A DNA stretch of 60,529 nucleotides, counting the filler, from Basidioascus undulatus (taxonomy: Eukaryota): the NCBI GenBank assembly GCA_000826855.1. It is 5 parts of 5 records of this genome, joined end to end, with 100 filler letters (N's around TTAATTAATTAA, not from the genome) between each part and the next. Parts side by side here need not be neighbours in the genome. Positions count along the whole stretch, not along the records: positions 48,506 to 60,529 come from JTLS01000959.1; 4 more parts are not named here. The stretch is one strand, 5' to 3'. Every line of letters starts with the position of its first letter. Positions within the stretch are counted from its first letter, which is position 1. The notes beneath the pieces were generated by a model, which was not told the DNA's origin, did not search any database, and saw nothing but the letters and a program-made list of their open reading frames with translations. A program made the position numbers and the translations under genes. Shown piece by piece: positions 49,130-59,919 of the stretch.

Positions 49130-52100
49130 AAACCCACCTTTTAACACCTTGCAGCTTCTACCAAATGCCTTTCACCATCTGTATCTTCAATACCTGCCCT
49201 AAATAAGAATACAAAAATTAAACCTTTTAACTCTCTAAATTGTGATCGCCATGTGAGAATCCTTGGTTTGAAGGTAGGGTGCTTATTAGGCTCGGCGATT
49301 GAACACCAAACTGGCAGCGGATCACCCTTTTAACGGTCTGCATGCCTGAGGCATGTGCCCTGGAGCACTCACTTACATAATGGTACAGTTGCAAAGGGAA
49401 TTAAAATTTTGGGATATCATTTTTAGAAAGTGGGTTAAGTTCCAGGATTCCTGGACCTCTGGGACAGGTCTTAGAGAGTGGGAGTTGCCCCCCAATTTGA
49501 GGCAGTTTCGCGAATGCTCTATTCAGGGAATGCGGGGGGTGCACGTGCGTATCCTTTACCGTGAATCACTTTGACTCTCTCAACTGCTTTGACTGCTTTG
49601 TAGAAGGCCGTGTTCGGTATGAAAATAAGACGCAATATTTTCTTTACTCAATTTCAGCTTGAAGGTCTGCTAGACAGCGCTTTTCATGAACACTCTCGTA
49701 CTTGCCTAGTTCAGATGCCTTCTCCTGGCATATGTTCCGAATTGCTGTCTTTCCATGCCTTGTTTGCATCATGAAAATATGCAAACAAAAGATAATTTGA
49801 AGTGTATTTTCTCAGGGTGAATATAGGGGAACAAAGATAGAGCAGGCTGGCACTTAGGTAATTCCCCGTTCAGCAGGTGAGACTTTATGCCATGTATGCG
49901 GAAAACAACAATAATGGGTAATTGCACCAAGCATGCCATGCTTCAGTGTAATACATTCACTGCTTGGAAAATTTTGATGTGTTACTGTGGTGCTTTTGCG
50001 CCGGAGCCAGGTTACCAGCGTAAGTGGCTAACCTGGCGGAGGCGCCGCTAGTTGAAGGTTGTCCGGCTTACGTGCATGCCCATTGGTAGGTTAATATCGC
50101 CTTTCAGGATTGTATGAGGTCCTTTGTCGAGTCTCAATTTCAGTACCTGACTTCTAGCGTTTTGTATGATGGGTGCAACTAGGGAGCCAGTTCTGAATGG
50201 GGAGATAAATCAAGGGGGCGGGAAATCAATGCCACTACTGTTACCTGAGGTCCAGGTGCGTGCGGAGCGCCTTATGCATATTCATTGAGGCAGAGGTATT
50301 TGCATGTGCAATGTCTGCTGGTAGCAGAGAGAGTCAGACTTGTGCTCTGGAATGGTGTCTCATGCACGGGCACCCAGGGAAAGTCATTCGCAAGGGATGC
50401 AGGTGAGCCGCAATTTACTGCAAAGGTAGAACCAATCTCAAATTATTGGAATCTGGTTTTGGGTGCAAGGCTGCTGCTGCCAAACTCCAGTTAAGTGGGT
50501 TTCCAAGTATGCAGAGCCTGTCATTCAGCTGACCCGCCCAGGTTCCCATACATTTTTCCAAAGCTACAGGGCAGCAAACAGCAAGCGTATTTCCGAACCC
50601 TTTAGGTTGAGGGTTTGAGACCAATAATTGACAGGGGCGTGGACAGAAACCTGCCCGGACCCTGCAGTAGTACCCCAGGACCGTCTTCAATGCCCCTATC
50701 TGGTGATATTGTTCTGGTGTCCCTTTTACACTATGGCTTCTCCATGTCATGCCATATGGATTACAACTAAGGTCATGTTATTTGCCAATGTACTGGAGTC
50801 CAGGCTCTGATTGCTATAGGCTGTACATCGGTGCCAGCTGGAATGCGCTTCTCATATCTCGCTCGAGCTCGATTCCTTCTGCTCGCCCCTCCTCTTTGTG
50901 TTTGATCAGCGCTATAACCAGCACTTTCAAAGTTTTCACCCTTTCTTCTTAGTACAGTTCACTGATGCTCACAAAGTGGATGCGATCAGCCAACCGGCTC
51001 CCCATATTTGCCGCGGTCACTCCGGGAAGTCCGGTGCATAGAATTCAGTTGCCCAACGGCTGAAATGCCACTTTAAGTCGCAAGCCAACTAATTTCTGGG
51101 GTGATACTTTGGTTGGGCATTGGAAGTTTCAAGGTGTTTTCACTGTACCAGCAAGAATGATGTTGCGTGGCCGCATGCCACTCCGCCGCTTTGCCACTGA
51201 TTTAAGCTGTGCAAGGGAGAATGACATCGAGCGCAGCCTTCAATGACCCTCAAACACAATGCAAGGGCGCTCAGTATTGCTTGATGCAAGCAAGGATCCT
51301 GTACGGAAGGCTGTGTCTCCGGGCAAAGCGCACCGTGCATAGACAGTTGCGTCCATCTTTGGTTGCAGGCCTTACGTACATAATGGTCGGTTTTATATTG
51401 ACGTCCAAGACGTAAATAATGCCCTCAACCTCGCATTCACCTTCTCCTCCTGCCCGCACGGAAATTGCCTTGCCGTGCTCTTTCTCGACGGCTGCATCCA
51501 ATTTGGATAGGATTGGCATCAATTCGGTGTCCACTCTCTCCCTTTACACCTGGTATTTACTCGCCTTCTGATTGTTTTCACGTGGGGGTTGTACTTAGGC
51601 AGGCTGGTCACCTTGCCGCTCCTTGCCCGCCTCAGTCGCGTTGACCTCTTTCCCTCAGACTGGACATCATCCCATGGTGGTTTCCAACCTTGAATCTTCA
51701 ACTTATATCAAGCTTAAAGTTTATGAGAACTTCATTATCTGTCGATATGAAAGCTCTTCCCCCCTTTCCCACTCAGAGTCAGGTTAGCCGCTACCTGACG
51801 GAGGCCCAAGTAGCAGCCGGCACAGGGGGCCCTTAGCAAGTACACTTTGGCAACAACGCCTGTCTGAGGTCTTGGCAGTTAAATTTTGCTGTTGTTGGCA
51901 GGAGCAACTAAATGTGTTGATTCTCCAGAAGCACAGCTTACCAGGCATTTTCATTTGTGGTTCAGTACTTTGTCTGTTCAGCAACAGAAAGGGTTCGGGA
52001 CCTGCCTCGCTTGGATATTATTTTTTACATCAAAGTTTACATATGTGATTCCTCGGGAAAAAAATGCCCTGGGCAAATGATGAGAGTTGTGCTGAGTTTT

Positions 52101-52152
52101 ACTGAGAGCAAAGTCAAAAGCGTAAAAGGGTGGTCCCGTTAAAAGGGTGGTC
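49130..52152 (-). mobile_element. Degenerate transposon-like region, class uncertain
   Basis: AT-richer and stop-riddled. Contains a decayed zinc knuckle CARCHSPLHSLNQW (~51194-51235), a 16/17 inverted repeat at 49320-49336 / 52136-52152, and extra CCTTTTAAC-type motifs near both ends. Confidence 0.4.
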
Positions 52153-52499
52153 TTGCACGTTACACCTCCAAGCGGCCGCTTGCATTGCGTTTGTATACCC
52201 TGAGCTTCTCACCAACGAAGTTGCGATGCGAGAGTTGCAAGATGCCTGCAAGGATGCATGGGTGCCGGCGGAAGCAGCTGGAGAAAAGGTACCGCAGCTT
52301 GCCGTAGAAGTTGTGGCGCTTGAGGCTCACCATGCGGTGCCGTGTGTGCGCATTGTGAGCTTACATCTTGGAAGTACTGTGTGGTCCAACAGTGAGTATG
52401 CAAAACACTTGATCTGTATGCAATCTGAGCACTCACACAAATAAGGCAGCTGTTTGCGTGTCCCATGTAACTGGTATGCACACGTCGAGCTTGCCACAA

Positions 52500-53260
52500 G
52501 GGTATCGCCGCCGCGGTCGAATTGAAGCGGGGCTTGCCGTATCTGCGGAAGCGAGCTCCTTGCAGCTCAGCTTTGATGTCAGAGGGGTGGGTGTCGTGGT
52601 TCAAACTGAAGTGTGCAACAATTTTGTTGAAGAGGTGGGGCGGAGGAGCGAATGCGTGTGACGTAAGGGGGGAAGAGGGTGAAGGCGTAGGAGGGGAAGC
52701 AGTACAGGTGGGCGATCGTGACTGCTGAGCCTGCGAGGTATTGCAGAGTAGATCTGCAGGCTTGAAATCGAGTGTTGCCAACACGTAGATCTACCCGCAA
52801 TGAAAGAAATATGGTCAAAGGTGACAATCAGGGAGGAAGGCGTGTTGAGCGCACTTTTTCACGATGCAGGATGCGATTGGAAAGGTTAGCAAGAAAGTGA
52901 GGGTTTCTGGCAAGGGTGGACTGGCGTACCGCCATTCCCCTGCATGCGTTGCACTGCGCAGGGACGTTTGTACATGACGAAGTGGCGGATCCGCGCTCGG
53001 CATGCCAATAATCGAAGTCTGGACGGCATGAACGTTCGGTCCGGAAAGACTGACAGAGCAGGTGTTCGACTGACCGCAGAATCCGCACGAGAGAAGGTCC
53101 TGTTTCAAGGGTATGACAGTGAGTAAAAGGCAGCTGCTTAACATGAACGAAAAATCACACCGTATGGTTGAGCACGATTTGTGCACCGATGTGCAGCCGC
53201 ATCTCCTTGAGCTTCACAATCGCGCCGCAGCCTGGTTGCATGAGGATAGTGATCGAGGAT
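52500..53260 (-). pseudogene. Decayed Cys/His-rich (zinc-binding) ORF, probably transposon-derived
   Basis: Fragments in shifting frames: CGAIVKLKEMRLHIGAQI, SCGFCGQSNTC, SSCTNVPAQCNAC and IVAHFSLNH. Confidence 0.4.
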
Positions 53261-54963
53261 AAGGCGGTGATGTGTGATTGCTGGTAGTTCCTTTCGACGG
53301 CAGGTCCCATCGACCCGAATGAGCACACAATATTGGCAGGTAAACGGATGGAGGCATACATCCGGGCAAGGAAAAAAGCAGCGAATTAAAAGGGGCAGAG
53401 GAGGATCGCAGCAGAGAGCGCCGGGAGAGTGGCAAGGAGCCTGTAAGTTTCTGATCCATCCAGCCTGTTCACCTACAGGAAATTAAAAACCCCTAGTTTA
53501 CACAGGGGATGTTTTGGTATAATATTTCCCAAAGCTCACGCTTTCTTCAGGCACGAGTAGGAATGACGGACAGGCGAAATACGAGGACCTGTGAGGTTGT
53601 TGAGCTTCTGGGATTCGCGCCCTCACGAATATTTCCTGCCTCTTTGCTTCGGAAAACTTAAATACTTGTTGCGTCAGAACCAGTCTGTTCTTTACTGTGC
53701 GGGCGTAGGCAGCGAAAGTCGCTGCCATGCCTGACACTGCCGGCGAGGCTCACAGCGACGTTGTTTCCAATTGCGGATAGTATAGAACATCTTCTCACGT
53801 CCTGCAATCATTGTAACGTAGATTTGAATTTGAACCCATTCCACATTTACCTGATTGATCAACAACGGTTCATGCTTGCCTCGCTTCCGCAGCCTTTATC
53901 TACCCCCTGGCTCGCTTCGCCGAGTGAATCGGTCCCTCTTTTGTCGTCCCGCAACCTGCCAACTCACTCGCTTTTCCACAGTCTTGTTATCAATCTCGGC
54001 GATCTTTTTTTGATGCGAGAAGGACAGTGTGGGTGCGATGGCCGTAGCGTTTGAACGTTTCAGGCTTCAAAATGGTAGCGAGAGCACCTTTGATAAAAAG
54101 AGATGCCTTGCTTTCGTAACAATCCCAATCAGAAGCGGTCCCTCACTGGAGAGATGCGGGGAACAAAGCGGCAAAGCTGGCAGTAGACACTGGCTTCGCT
54201 CCGAACCACCGAGTTCCGGCTTCTTCTTTCTGCGATATGATGGACAGCGCGCTTGTCGATAGGGAGTGGACGGCGGAAACACCGAGGGCGACTGTCAAAC
54301 AGCTTGTTCGTACGTGCAGCAGCGCACGAAAGAGGGTAAAACAGTTAAAAAGTAGGAGGAAACTGCAAGCTCGGCGGTGGGAGGGTCATGGTACCGCAGC
54401 GTGTACGTTCTCACTCAAATGCTGTCCCAGAGGTCGTACTTCGTCGTGCTCGTGGAAGAGATCACGCAAGATAACGCTTGCATTCAGAACGTGCACGCCC
54501 GCGACAAAAACGCAGCAGTATTCGAGCAAGCTTCGAGCGGCGGCAAACGGTGCTCTTGATCTCTTCACAAAGACATGCACAACACGCACAATTGACATTG
54601 AGGCATAGGGTCATGAGCTTGAGGTGCATGAGACATGACAGGGCGTGGGACGTCACACAAAGATAGAAATCGGGAAGCGCTCTGAATAACAAGCCGCAAA
54701 GAGGAGAGAGCGTAGCGCGTGGAATAGGGACCGGGGGTGGGGTGAGGTGGACTTGTGAACGATGTAGGGAGCGGCGGTGGGCGGGCGAGGAGCATGAGAG
54801 ATGGGGGTGGATGGGGGGGAACAATTACTTGCGATAAGATGCAGCAGCAACGCAAAACAAAGATTGGACAGAAAGAAGAATGGGAAGGGGAAAACGAAAG
54901 CGCAAAAAAGGGAGAGGAAAAGAGAAGATGTGGAGGGAACCGGCATCATGCATGATCAAGTCA

Positions 54964-55410
54964 TCACGCCTCGTCAAAGTTCTTGAGGAGCTTGTCCTTG
55001 GGCTTGACCAGCGGGTCGCCCTCGACCATGATCTTGTCTGCGAGCTCCTCGACGGCGGCGCGCTCGAGCTTGGCGCCCTGGAGCAGCGCAGCGACGAAGG
55101 GATATGCTTGCGGGACCTGCATCGGCGATGGTCCATCAGCCTCTCGGAACAGCAACGCGAAACAAGTAAAGAAAATAGAAACTCACGTCGATAGAGATAT
55201 CGTCTATGATCTCGACGGTCAGGCCCAGCGCTTCCTTGAACTGTCCGGCGGTGACGAGCGACTGCTCTGCCGCAGCAGAGAACAGCAACGCGGTGACGTC
55301 GATCTCCTCCTTCTTCTTGTTGATTGCTTCGTTCGTGAGCGCCTCGACGAGCGCCGTTCTTCGGTCCACGGGGAGCTCCTTGAACGGTTGGACATCCTCG
55401 TCCACTTTCC
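54964..55410 (-). pseudogene. Isolated 3' fragment of an eIF4G-like gene (C-terminal MA3/HEAT region)
   Basis: FSLRKVDEDVQPFKELPVDRRTALVEAL...EIIDDISID, an intron, then VPQAYPFVAALLQGAKL...LADKIMVEGDPLVKPKDKLL. No room for upstream exons: the Pol X gene starts about 330 bp away. Confidence 0.62.
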
Positions 55411-55736
55411 TCAGCGAGAAGATTGTCAATGGCAATCGGCTTGCGATGACCGAACTTGGAAGCACAAAATGATCAGACGCGTGCATAATTTAGAGGCGAC
55501 GTGTCGCGAGTGGCCTCATCGCGCCGTCATGGGACGGTTCGGCGAACTCGCCCCCGTGCTCCTCTGCTCCCACCATATTCTCACATTCTCATTTGAACAA
55601 TTCTACTCGATCCAGCGCTCTTCCATATACCTTTCTACGCCGTGCTTCTGCGGCGAACCCCCGCGTTCTTCACTGCTTCCAAGGTCCGCTAACCGGTTTG
55701 GAACGCCGCTCACGAAACCTCGTACTCTTCGATCGG

Positions 55737-58175
55737 ATGGCCGACCCTTTCGTGCTCCCATTGCGTCCACCAAAGCGCCCCAATCCGTCTTCGTACTCGT
55801 CCTCATCAACCTCGTCGTCCTCCGCGTCCTCCTCATCAGGCCGCGTCCCCACTGCCTCCAAGCGCGTCGCAGGCATCTTCCAGCACTGGCGGATATACGT
55901 GCTCGATGCGAAGGCTCAGATCTGTTCGTCATCCGCCTCAAAGCGCTGATTTGAGGTTCCGGTACACTTCTGACGGGATTGCGTCGGCCCAGATGACCTC
56001 GGCAAGCTCCGGGACATGATCAAGGAGGGTGGCGGGAAGCTTGTGGGCAGCACGGACGAGGCGGAGATCGTCGTGAGCGCTACGAATAGGTGGAATAGGG
56101 TGTTGCGGTGGTTCAGCGGGAAGCCTCCAACAGTGCGTGTCTGCCTCCCCATTATCCGGATCCATGCGCAAGGGCATGACATCCTCTTGCCGCAGATGTC
56201 CATCGTCCGCGCCGAATGGGTGATCGAGTCCTTCTCCTCCGGAACGCTTCAGCCCATCGCGCATTACCTCGTTGCGCCCACAGGCGAGAGCGCCGCATCG
56301 GCAATGCCTCCTCCCTCCGGCGGCCCTCCACCGGCCACAGCGCCCGTGCCGGTCAGCGCGGACCTCTCGGCGCAACTCGACCACCGCTCGGCGTACGCGC
56401 CCGAGCGGTACCACCCGCTCGTTTGTCCCAACGAGCGCTTCGTCGAGCAGCTCAGGGTCATCAAGCGCGAGCGCGAGCTCGACGGCGACGAGGTGGGCGT
56501 CGTCAGCTATGGGAGGGCGATCGCGTGCGTGAAAGGTGGGTGTACTCTTCCAGGTGGATTGCGAGGGGGGAAAGTATTGGGGGAAGCTGATTGAGTTAGG
56601 GTTCGGCGCGAGCAGCGTTCCCGAAGAAGATCAGGAGGGGCGAGGATCTGAGGGGATGCGGCGGAGTAGGAGAGAAGATCATGGCGCTTGTGCTTTGTTT
56701 TCCCTACGTCTTTCCGGAATAAAAATAACTTTTATTTATTCGCAGGCCGATGAGTTCCTTTCCACGAACCGCCTCGAAGCGACCGGTGCGCTCAGGCGCG
56801 AGTCTCACTCTCTCATTCACAGCTGACTTACGCCATTGCCCCCTGATAGAGCGGATTCTCGAGAAGGAGTCCTACCGTACCCGGCAGCAGTTCGCGCGCA
56901 TAGACGGCATCGGGCCGTACCGCGCCACCGCCCTCTGGAACGAGGGCTTCCGCTCGCTCGATGGGCTCATCGCGGCCGGAAAGGCCACTGAGCGCCAAGT
57001 GAAATTGGCGGAGGACTTTGATTTGAAGTGCGTCTTGTTTTCTTCTTCCACGAGCCTGTGGAGTGGAAGATCTGATATGCAGTTATTCGGATTCGGTAAA
57101 AGGATTCCCAGGGACGAGGTCACAGCAATAGCGGACGTCATTGTGAGGCATTTGAGAGACGCTGAGCCGGAGGCGCAGTGTACCATTTGCGGAGGGTGCG
57201 TCTCCTTCATCTTCCCACTTCTTAGGCCGCCCACTCGGCGTTCGCCCAGACTGGGCTGACTTCCATGAATGTGGCGGACAGGCATCGAAGGGGCAAGCCG
57301 GAGTCGAACGACATCGATATTGTTTTCACGCACCCTGAGGTAGACGGTGAGCGGGGACTTCTCAAGAGGCTCGTTGCAAGCTTGCAAAAATCTGGTTCGT
57401 CCCTTTCCCGTAGCGCATTTTCGGAGACGCAGCGAGATGACCAACCAACGCTTCTCCCTTCTTCGCACAGGATTCATCACCGACGTATTGAGTGTGTAAA
57501 TTCCCCAAGCGCACCTACAGAGAAGACCTATCGGAATCCACCTCCACCTCTCCACAGATTTCTCGGATGTGAACTCGCGACGCGAAGGCGGCGGGTACCG
57601 GCAGTCGAGGTCGTTCGACACGCTCGACAAGGCGTTTGTCGTCGTTCGCTCTTGCGTGCGTCCCGCCTCACACATACCAGCCTTCGTCTTTGTCTTTCTG
57701 CTGACACCATTGGTGAGATAGAAAGAGACAGGCACGACCCACCGGGAGCAGCCAATACATCGGCGGGTCGACCTCATTTCTGCGCCCTGCAACCGGTACT
57801 GGACTGCGGTGCTCGGATGGTCTGTCCTACTTTGTGTCCCTTACGTGCTCCGCAATTTCTGACGGGTCGGGTACGAATCGTTCAGGACGGGCTCGACGCA
57901 GTTTGAACGCGATCTCAGGTTCGTTTTTTCTCCACTTCGCGATGCTTTGCTGCACTGCTCCTCCATCACGCACGACAGGCTAGCCTCTGACTCGCTTGTG
58001 CTGAATCTGCAGAGCGTATGCCCGCAAGCAGCACCTCCGATTCGACTCGGGCGGGATCACGACGCGCGCGCCGACGCGCGAGGAGGTCGACCTGAGCTTC
58101 GCAAGGTCCGAGGCGGACGTGCTCGCCGTGCTGGGGCTGCCGTGCGTCCCGCCTGAGGGCAGGAACGCAGATTGA
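55737..58175 (+). CDS. POL4: X-family DNA polymerase, Pol mu-like, with N-terminal BRCT
   Basis: BRCT-like region (IVRAEWVIES), PLVCPNE, GVGEKI, IDGIGP (HhH), GGHRRGKPESNDIDIVFTHP, RRVDLI, AVLGWTGSTQFERDLR and SEADVLAVLGLPCVPPEGRNAD*. Confidence 0.92.
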
Positions 58176-58982
58176 TGATGCGGACGGAGGAGGGACTGAG
58201 GGAGTTTGAAGTAATAATTATGCAGTGCTGAAGAATATTCCAAAAAACGCAGTCTTCCTCGGTTCTGCGACAGCGCAGTCTTGCAAGTTTTCGGAAATGG
58301 GTCCCAGCGCTTGGCTGGCTTGTCGTCTGAACTCCCCGTCACCAAATTTGTTAACGTACTGATAAGGACCACAGGACAAGTACAATAAGGGGAAAACTTC
58401 TTTCCTCAATGCATGAATGGTCTCCCGGGAAGCCTCGACGTGACGATTGCCCGTACCTGCAACAACGCAGCTTTGAAAGGCCATCGTGGGACCGCTGTCT
58501 GCCGATGCTCTTTCTTCGTGCGCTGGTTGCAAATTCACAGATGAACTGTGGGTATCAAGACACTTGGGAACGCCTCGTCTGTTGTTGGTGTACCTGTTTT
58601 GGCATACACGGTTCCACGAGGGTGCCACAGCATCCAAGCAAGGGCGCCCAGTTGCATACCATAATGCGAACTCCGTTGAGGTGCTTCTTTCAAGCAGCAC
58701 TTGAACTGTTTCGAGACGTCAACGCGGCAAGGAAGATGCCCGCGATCGGATGTCCTCGAGAATGTACAGCCAGAGAGCTTGAGCTCGTAACACTTCACAG
58801 CATCGCTGAAACACGACTTACACAACAACATGCAACATGTATTCGGTCTTCAAGCAGTCATGATAGTACAGCATTTTCGAAATGAGCACCGAGCAAACCC
58901 AACCTCGACCGTTTCACTTTTCCTGCACTGCACCGATCAAACCCCTCACCACCTCACCGCCCCACTACTTCTCCATCTCCCC

Positions 58983-59680
58983 TCATCCAGTAGCGGCCCT
59001 CCCCCTGATCCCGCCTCTCACCCACCCACGCCCAGCAAGCCGGTGGCCCGCGAGCGTCGCGCGCATCTTGAGCTCCGCCTCCGAGCGGGTGCCCGCCCCA
59101 GGCAGGGAGGGCAGGACGAGCGCGTGGTCGGGCGAGATCGCTGGGACGGAGAGCGTGCGGGGCGGGAGAGGACTGTGAATGGCAGTGAGGTAAGCTATCG
59201 ACTCGGGAGGAGAGGTTTGTTGTAAGCAGTGATCTCACTTTGAATCGTTCGCCGGATCTCTATAAGGTAAGAGTCAGCTACAACATGCGAAAGGAACGCA
59301 GTTCCAACGCACCCTGATCACGCCCCAGCACGGGGTCGAGCTTGCCAGACTTCGCCAATTCAGTCAAGTCGACGCTCTGCCGCCCCACCCAGGCATCCGG
59401 TCAATCAATCAGCCAATGCTTCCCTACCCGCAGCCTGCTCGAGACGCACGTATTTCTTGAGCGCTGCGCCCTTCTCCTCCTGCCCGCCCATCTGCATGCG
59501 CATCCCGCCCATGCCCCCCGGCGGGCCCTGCGCGTACCCACGCCGCTGCACCGCAGAGATGGCATGGCGGGCGGCTGCGCGGAGGATAGGCGTTGCTGCC
59601 GCGGCTGAGCGCGTGGCGAGGACGCGGGCGGAGGAGCGGGTGACGGCTGTGCGAGATAGTGTGGTGGCTCTGAGCATCAT
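58983..59680 (-). pseudogene. HSP78: Mitochondrial ClpB/Hsp78 5' fragment fused to unrelated coding-like sequence
   Basis: Mitochondrial presequence, then GAALKKY, VDLTELAKSGKLDPVLGRDQ, EIRRTIQ and ILSR. Homology ends at ~59162, before TKSNP and Walker A. Confidence 0.82.
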
Positions 59681-59919
59681 ATTATGAGATTCGAGTAAAT
59701 TGATGCTAGAGAATGAGGCGGATGGGAAGGTAGAAGAGGAACAAAGGATAGCAGAGGGGAGAACGCGTCGGCGGTAGGTTGAGGTCATCTCGACTTGCTC
59801 TCGAACTCTCTCGCGAAGACCACAATCTTCCATTTCATCCTCGCCGCTCGCATCATCCGCGTTTTCGAGCAAGGGCTTTATTCACCCACACTGCGCCCTA
59901 CGCGAAACACCACGCGCGA
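59681..59919. promoter_or_regulatory. Short bidirectional promoter (HSP78 fragment / virilizer-like gene)
   Basis: 239 bp between divergent ATGs. Confidence 0.5.

Noticed and set aside
51271..51534. CLC...LPYRILA as a SWIM finger of a MULE transposase
   Set aside because: The required second Cys and His are absent, and the adjacent knuckle fits a retroelement ORF1 equally well. Class left unassigned.
52078..52105. ATGATGA...CTGA as a second C/D snoRNA
   Set aside because: The boxes are too close together, with no terminal stem or rRNA-complementary guide.
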